This document shows positions 56,470-64,000 of a stretch of DNA of 64,000 nucleotides, one piece after another. Made by a program: the position numbers and the translations under genes. The notes beneath the pieces are model-generated. The model saw nothing but the letters and a program-made list of their open reading frames with translations. It did not search any database and was not told the origin of the DNA. The DNA is taken from assembly GCF_036588685.1 (NCBI RefSeq), contig NC_086380.1:55118001-55182000 (forward strand), given 5' to 3'. Position 1 is the stretch's first letter. Each line of letters opens with the position of its first letter. The DNA comes from Mytilus trossulus (Eukaryota).

Positions 56470-56511
56470 CATCACTGATGAGTCTTAGGTAGAAGAAACG
56501 CGCTTCTGGAA
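56470..56511 (+). ncRNA. Minimal type I hammerhead ribozyme motif (mutated stems) in the same repeat family (~56405..56548)
   Basis: Reads CAUCA-CUGAUGA-GUCU(UAGGU)AGAA-GAAAC-GCGC-UUC-UGGA; CUGAUGA and GAAA core intact. Confidence 0.7.
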
Positions 56512-57272
56512 TACTAAATTATAATCCTGGCATCTTTGATAACTATTTGCACATAATTTTAAGGTTTATGTACCCTTCTGTAGTCATTTTTTACGAACTT
56601 TTCAAACCTAAATTGTATCAAAACTACAGATATAATGAATAATATAGATAGGCCATTTAGTACATATTCCAAGGGGAATTTTGATGCAAAGCATTATTTT
56701 TTAATGTTTCATTGTATTTTAAAGAAAAGGAGGACTTTGTTAGATGTATGAGGCCACGAATCGCCATCGAAAATGTTAACTAGTTCGTTTTTACATTATT
56801 TAAGATGTATGTTTATGGTGGTAAGTAAGTTGTTACATGTATATGTACTGGTATTTCATTACCAAAACAAAGAATTTCAAATAGTACTATTGTAGTCATT
56901 ATTAGTATTGATTTTTTTTTATTAATGTTTATGTACTTTGACGAAGACATATGTTTCTAATACAGATAAAGTGATAATAAAACATTTATTTTAAGTCTAT
57001 AACATGAAATGATAAAGAACTAGAAAAATCCTCATTATCTAATTGTATTGATTCATTCCCCTTTCGAAGACGCAGAAACATATTTTCATAGAGCTGTCCC
57101 ACAAAAGAAAACCTGAGTAAATACTGCTTCATTCCTTATTTTGGTGGACATTCATTATTAATATAACCAATTATGTAATATTGATAATATGTATTTATAA
57201 ATATTTACAACACTTTTTAAATATAATAGAGGCACATTCATTCTTAGTATGCGTTTTAGATGACTTTTGTGG

Positions 57273-57681
57273 GAGTTAAGTCTGCCAATTGATATTTTCT
57301 CGTATGTTTTTCTATGTTGTGATGTTATGCTATTGTTTCAGAAAAAGGGAGAAGGTTTGGGCCCATTAAAACGTTTAATCCCGCTGCAAATGTTTGCACC
57401 TGTCCTAAGTCAGGAATCTGATGTACAGTAGTTGTCGTTTGTTTATGTAATATATACGTGTTTCTGGTTTCTCGTTTTGTTTATATAGATTAGACCGTTG
57501 GTTTTCCCGTTTGAATGGTTTTACACTAGTAATTTTGGGGCCCTTTATAGCTTGTTGTTCGGTGTGAGCCAATGCTCCGTGTTGAAGGCCGTACTTTAAC
57601 CTATAATGGTTTAATTTTTAAATTGTTATTTGGATGGAGAGTTGTCTCATTGGCACTTACACCACACCTTCCTATATCTAT
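57273..57681 (-). mobile_element. Dispersed repeat family A, young inverted copy (others at 901, 25857, 31945, 47100 rc, 49870)
   Basis: Near-identical reverse complement of 53408..53820. Confidence 0.85.
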
Positions 57682-57849
57682 CTTCAGTTAAACATTTTTT
57701 TTAATAGGAGTTTGTGTATCATCAGTTGGTTTTATGTTCATAATTTAATTCATGATTTTAGGTTGCTATAAAGTTTCAAAGTATTTTGTTTACCATAATC
57801 GGATGTTCCCTCGTAGTTAGGTAAAATATGCGAATGCAAACTCGGTTTA

Positions 57850-58260
57850 GATGATCCGGAAGGGTAAACAGATACTGCTCCACATGAGGCACCCGTCATG
57901 TTGCTTAAGTGATATCGAATCCGGTAAACGGTGACCTATAGTTGTTAATATTTGTGTCATTTTGGTCTTTTGTGGACAGTTGTCTCATTGGAAATCATAC
58001 CACGTCTTCTTTTTATTATTATTCGGAAGTTTATTCATGAAAAGGAAATGGATTGTAGTTACGACGTAATGAGCATATTTCATAACATTTGTGAAACGGT
58101 TATTCCATAATCATTCGTGATGGGGTCCGTAAAATGTACGAAGGGATGATTTCAACTTCACCATTTGGAACTCTTGGTTTAATAGATAGATTCCTTGTGA
58201 GCAGCAACCCTCAATCAAGATAAATCATGATAGGAAATGCAAGCACGGGAATATCGTATT
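57850..58260 (-). mobile_element. Penelope-like RT C-terminal fragment in intron 1 of the pseudogene
   Basis: Minus strand gives a decayed IRYSRACISYHD...LLLTR...LNQEFQMVKLKSSL, contiguous with the family B tail. Confidence 0.65.
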
Positions 58261-60719
58261 ATTTTGACTTCTGGTTATTTAAAATGGTTTTACATCTGAC
58301 GATGTTTCTTTTGAATTGTAGACGAAATTCGAATTGAAACCTTGAATAGTGGAAAAACTGAATCGTTTAAAAAAACAAATGGTTTTGATGACTTCACCAG
58401 TCTATCGGACTACAGTGTTTTCCCTCAGTAAAAAACCTTCTTCAGGTTTGAAATTGAAGCTTGTCATGACGCCTTTATTTTTTTGTCTTCTGCCATTATT
58501 CTGAAGTCACATCACTTTTATGAAATTTGTATCGGTGAATCAAGTAACAAACTCATCTTTGCGTCGAAAGTATAATGATGTTAACCATCTTATTATGTCA
58601 AGACCTGATATTTGAGGCTGTACGGAGAAAAGCACATTTGAGATACGATGGAAACTTGACGGAACAATACACCTTGTCAAAGTCTCTGCCGTTGGAACAG
58701 AAACAGGGATAGAAGGGACAGTTTTTATTCAAGTACTTATACAGGGAGTAGTAATAATGACTGGATGGGGATCTGATGAAATTTGGATTATTGAACTTTC
58801 AAGTAAGTGAACCAATATAAAACGTTTTCCATAATTGAACCTAATTTGTACACGTGTAATGTGCAGTTATCAAAATGGGAAACATACTCATCAGAAGATC
58901 AAAGATAGACGAAAAAATAGGCCGCAACGTTAAATCGGAATAGAAACGTTAAATCAATTACAATTAATTTCATATGGCTATGAAAATTAGCATTCGTACT
59001 ATTTGATGCTAGAAGCATAACTTTATACCGATCATTCTTATATAAGTAGGATTTTCAAAAACTTAGACTTATATAGCTCTATAATCACGAGCTCGGGTAT
59101 TAATCATTCAGCTTTCACAACATGTATAAGATAAACTTAATTTCAAAATTTACACTACCGTTGTTACCAAAGAAGTTATCAATTCTAAGTATGGAAAAAT
59201 CATTCCTTTAAAGGACTGCATTGACATTCCTTAAATCAAAGATTATAGTCTTGTTTAGATGCTTATAAACGCCTTTAATCTATATGTTATTTCAACTTAT
59301 CAATCATTTTGAAGTTGTAGTCAATAACCGTTTTTTCAGAACATCAGAAAATAGATAGTTCGTCAATTTCTAAAAAAATGTTTAATCTTCTTTTCCTGAA
59401 AGTATAAAAAAAAATAGCCTTTTTTTTTAAATGAATATCAGGTTTGATAAGTTACATACTATTAGCTGCGACATTTTTTATTTGAGAGAAACGATTATTA
59501 CATGGAATATTCAGCTCAGCTTACAATTGTACATGTCCATGTGAAGTAAGGAAATAATATGTGATTGTCATTGAGATAAATGTATACCAAAGACAAAATT
59601 GTGTACACGCTTGTGACTAAAAGTCACCATACCTATAACAATTAGCAATCAAAAATAACATACAAAGCCATATAAAGCCCAACAATGACCAAATAAGAAA
59701 CAATTTAGACGAGAAACAAGCGGCCTGATTTATGTAACAAATAAAAAACGAAAAACAACATACATTTTACTCAATGAACTCTCATTCAATTGTGTTACTT
59801 ACATATCATTATTAACACGTATTTTAGGTTTCAATTTGGTGTTTTCACAACTTCATGATACATTATAAAAATAAACATGACACTTCCAACTATAATGCAT
59901 CCTAAATTGAACAAAAGTTCTTGATTTTTTTACAAACATATTTACCGTCATCAATGTATATGTTGTCACCAATTGAATAACAAAAGTTTTTGTCTGCTTC
60001 TTTTTCGTCGAATTTCATAAATAATATTATAAGGAAATTATCGATCTCAAAAAAGAGGAAGTAAATAAAACTGACAACATCAACAGTAATATGAGGCAGG
60101 AATTACCTGTGAATGGGGACGAAGTCTATGTTTTTTTTTAAATCAACAATGTTAAAGAGAAAAACGGAAATACCGTAAAGTTTCCGATTTTGGTTCTGTT
60201 GTTAGGGATTTTAGTTTTGACGTTATTTAAGTTATGTCGTCATATTCAATGTAAACAAAGACACGCTGTCATCATGTAACGTTATTTTAATAACAAACAA
60301 TTTTTTTTAAACGAATTAGTATTAGTTCCTTTTTCATACATTTTATTCAAAGTCTCATGTAAACAAGACCGGAAACGGAAGTAGATTTCTGCGCCGATCC
60401 GGAAATTCAAAAACTCGACAAAAAAAAAATTGAACGATTTTGAGTTGATTAGTACAATGAAAAATTCAGGAAATTTTCCCGATTTTTTTGTTTTTTTATT
60501 ATTGAATTTTTTTACTGTCAACTCAAAATCGTTCAATTTTTTTTTTGTAATAAATCAACGGACTGAGTGATTCATTACTTCTTCTTCGTCGTACTTTCTT
60601 TTCTATTTTTATTTTTTGTATAAAACAAACTATAAAAAATGTATTTGTATTCATAAAACACATCATCCCTTTTAAATTAAACTTGTGTATGTTTTCTTTT
60701 TTTTTTGCTTTGTGGCACC

Positions 60720-61910
60720 TGTTATCAAATTTTGGAATGGTCTCTGTTACCATAGGAACCTGCCAAAATGTAAAAAAAATCAAATATTTCGAAATGCTCT
60801 AAAATTATTGAAACTTAAAGGATTGTTGATTGTCAAGTTTGCATTAGATTTTTGAAGTTGGATTTTCCAAAATGGCCACCGTTGCCATCGAAACTGCACA
60901 AATTTAAAATATTTTTAAAATGCTCCATACTTAATGATACTTGATTTTATTGTTAACTGGCATGTATACATAAGACTTTTGACTTTGGAATTTCCAGAAT
61001 GGCTGCCGTTGCCAAGGACTGCAGAAATGTAAAGATATATTGCAATTCATAGATCTGTATTCACTGTTAAGTTGGTTTGAAATGGCTGCCGCTTAGTGGC
61101 AATGGGGGAAGGGTGACATCATCTATTGCTTACAATGGCAATTCTAGTTATTTTTATTCTTCCACACATTTTGTCTTGGAATTCAATGGACCAATGTTGA
61201 TTGATATAATAATATGGACCACCATGTGAAGTTGTGCACCTGACTTTGGAATGTGCAAGATTACCGCCTTTACCAAAGAAACAGAACAAATGTAAACTAT
61301 TTATTGGGTTTTTAATATTGAATAATTTGAAAATTCCTGAACTGAAAATCATCATATTTTTATATATTGTCGGTGTCCAACATACACAGGTTAAAGATGA
61401 TTTTGGGAATCTTTGGAATTACTATATTGCCATGGAAACTAAATATGTTTAGCATTAAACCCCATGGGAAAAATCTTAAAGTAGTATTTAAACTCTTAGC
61501 ATGGTATATCAAACTATTGAACTTTAATGGTATACTCCTTTCCAAGTGCCAATGTGTTAGGTGTCTATGGAATTAGGGAAATTGTCACTGTTACCATGAT
61601 AACAGCAGAAATGTCCAAAATTTTCAAAATGCTATAAACTTTCAGAAAATTTACAGACATGTTTAGTTGCACATCAAGAGTTGGTATTCGACTTTGGAAT
61701 TTCAAAAATGGCCGCTGTTTCCATGGAAACAACACAAATTTCAAAAGTTTCAAAATGCTCAAATGTGATGAAACTTTACAACAATGTTGATAGATATCTG
61801 TTCATGCGCTCTTTGACTTTAGAAATTTCAAAATGGCTGCTGTTCACCTGGCAATGGGGAACGAGGGTGTCATCTGTTGTTGCTAGCAATTAAAAATCAA
61901 GTTGTTATTG
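60720..61910. mobile_element. Degenerate element with internal tandem units (AAAATGGCYGCYGTTKCCATGGAAAC), Helentron/HINE-like
   Basis: The motif recurs at ~60868, 60997, 61080, 61705 and 61830. Similar terminal blocks at ~61110 and ~61865. Confidence 0.55.
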
Positions 61911-63795
61911 TTCTCTTTATAACTTGCATGTAGCTGTGTTGCATGTTCCATGTAGCTGTATGAAAACAAACTATATTTTGGAAAAATGTCAATAATAATA
62001 AAGTAAAACAACGAACTAACAAACAAATATTTATTATCATTATTATAGTTTAATATCTATCTATATAATAAATCTATCTAAATACTTTTAGATATGAATC
62101 GTTTAAGGACTTATCACATAACACATACATGCATTAGATATATTTAAATTGTCATACATGACAATATTTTAAATCATTTCCTGGCTGTCAATTTTCCCCT
62201 GGATTTCATGAGAATAGATTACGTTGATGGCTTTTATGAATCATGTATATCTAAATATTATTTATTTATGTACGGAAACTAAAATGTCAACAATTTCCTT
62301 CCACAAATAAAATGTCGCATGACAGAAAATCATTTGCATTGGCTGCAAGTTTTTAATTTTTAATTAAAAACTTAGATGTTAGATATAGAAGGATTTGGAA
62401 TGCGTGCCAATGAGTCAACTCTCCATCCAAGTTATTCATTTGAAATATACAAGGACGCCTCCGGGTGCGGGAATTTCTCGCTACATTGTAGACCGGTTGG
62501 TGACCTTCTGCTGTTGTGTTTTTTTATTTTGGTCGGCTTGTTTTCTCTTTGACACATTCCCCATTTCCATTCTCAATTTTATTTAAGTTCTTTGCAGGCT
62601 TTACTATATTTGTAAGTATTAATACATTTAAGCCAATCTTGATAACACAATCATTCGATCTAATTTAATTTCATCGCGTTTTCATATCAAAACAGACAAT
62701 ATAAAATACGGAAATTGAAATTATATATCTTACAGATATTATGTCACAAAGTGATCTTAACAACGCAGAAGAATATTTGTATTGACCTTTTGCTTAATGC
62801 AGCTGAAAGTACATTTTTTGTAAATAGCATGTTTAGTATAGAATAGATTTGACATGAGTCAACGATGGTAATTCTCACGAGAAAAAAAACAAGAGTGGGT
62901 TTAAACGGGAAGTAGTTTTATTTACGCATGCCTTTTATACCGGAAGTAGTTTAACCTGAAATGGTTAAAAACAGGAAGTGTATAGCATTTTGATGATGAC
63001 GTCACATTATTAAAAAAAAAGTCCGAATAGGAGGAAGAGTTAAAATTGAAAAAAATAACAAAAAAGGCATGAATAGTATAGTATTATATGATGGCTTCTT
63101 GTGATAATGATTTTATGAGTATTAGTGCTTTGGAAGAGAAAGTATAAGAACAAAATGAAGAAACATTGAAATGGAAGAACCTTCCAACTGGTGTATGTTA
63201 TAAATTTCGGAAGTGTAAGTAGATGATAAATTTGGTAAGAGTAAAATACTTTTTGTGAAAACAAGGGAAGGAGTATTTTTCTTACGATTTGGTTACAATA
63301 TAAAAAAATGATAATAAAAAGAAAGAAAGAAAGTAAAATAAACTAACTATGGCAATAGTGTTAAACGCATTTCAATGATTATTAAAAGATGATACTGATG
63401 CAGTATTATATAACTCTACTTTTTATGAATTTTTACTCTATTATACATGTCATAACTTTCCATTTTTATCTAATTACAGAAAATTCACCTTTTCACCATT
63501 ATGAGTCTACAAAAACCTTTTTTGTTTTTAACACCACATGTTATTAACCATCGTATGGTGATATTAATTATGATGAAGAAACGGGTGAAAAATGGTATAC
63601 AGAACTTTAACCTCATTACTTTACAGGGTGGCAACTAAATTATTTACTAACATTAGATGCAGGTTTTCCGTTTAGAACTAACATAACACTTGTATTTGTT
63701 TAATTAATTTAGAAAATGTACTTAAACAATAACAAGAATTCATGTGAATCATACCTTTATTCAAAACATTTATCACATGAAACATAAATTATAAA

Positions 63796-64000
63796 ATGAA
63801 TGACAATAAAAACATGTTATGTATGATAATTATGGCAGCTATGCAAGTGTTAAACACTTTTGAATGGTTGTTAGAAAGTGATGATTTTTGTGATACATTT
63901 AAATATGATTCCACATTTTTTCATCATTTTGATTCTAAAGCTTTTAAAGAACTTTACGAAGATCGTAAATATGATTTTACAAAGTTTAATCCTCATTTTG
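63796..64000 (+). CDS. Partial ORF running off the window edge (MNDNKNMLCMIIMAAMQVLNTFEWLLESDDFCDTF...), unknown product, possibly element/virus-derived
   Basis: ATAAAATG start context; 68 codons with no stop before the window end. Confidence 0.35.
   Translation, partial: MNDNKNMLCMIIMAAMQVLNTFEWLLESDDFCDTFKYDSTFFHHFDSKAFKELYEDRKYDFTKFNPHF

Larger units (their letters stand above)
56748..58802 (+). pseudogene. Paralog 4 pseudogene (Methyltransf_FA): exon 1 remnant ~56748..56820, exon 2 58322..58802; no PAN exon recognised
   Basis: Exon 1 ends tatggtg|gtaagt like paralog 3 but has TAG at 56781 in that frame. Exon 2 (DEIRIETLNSG...EACHDAF...FYEICIG...MTGWGSDEIW) has TAA at 58429, a frameshift near 58560 and TGA at 58613. 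Confidence 0.88.

Overview
Eukaryotic, very AT-rich genomic DNA. The repeat families are typical of a bivalve mollusc, most likely a Mytilus mussel (inferred from recognisable repeats, not from a search). Most short ORFs in the track are chance or repeat-derived. The real coding content is a tandem, same-strand cluster of three intact 3-exon genes and one pseudogene. Each encodes a ~256-260 aa secreted protein: signal peptide, Methyltransf_FA (FAMeT-like) domain, then a 6-Cys PAN/Apple domain. All introns are phase 1 and the paralogs differ in hypervariable patches. Between paralogs 1 and 2 lies an intronless 298-aa ORF with AATAAA, a genomic poly(A) tail and a candidate target-site duplication, consistent with a retroposed unit lacking its own RT. 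Dispersed repeats carry minimal type I hammerhead-ribozyme motifs (Penelope/retrozyme-like). The window also holds Penelope-like RT 3' fragments, several MITEs, local tandem duplications and, at the right edge, a possible degenerate Polinton/virus-like segment.
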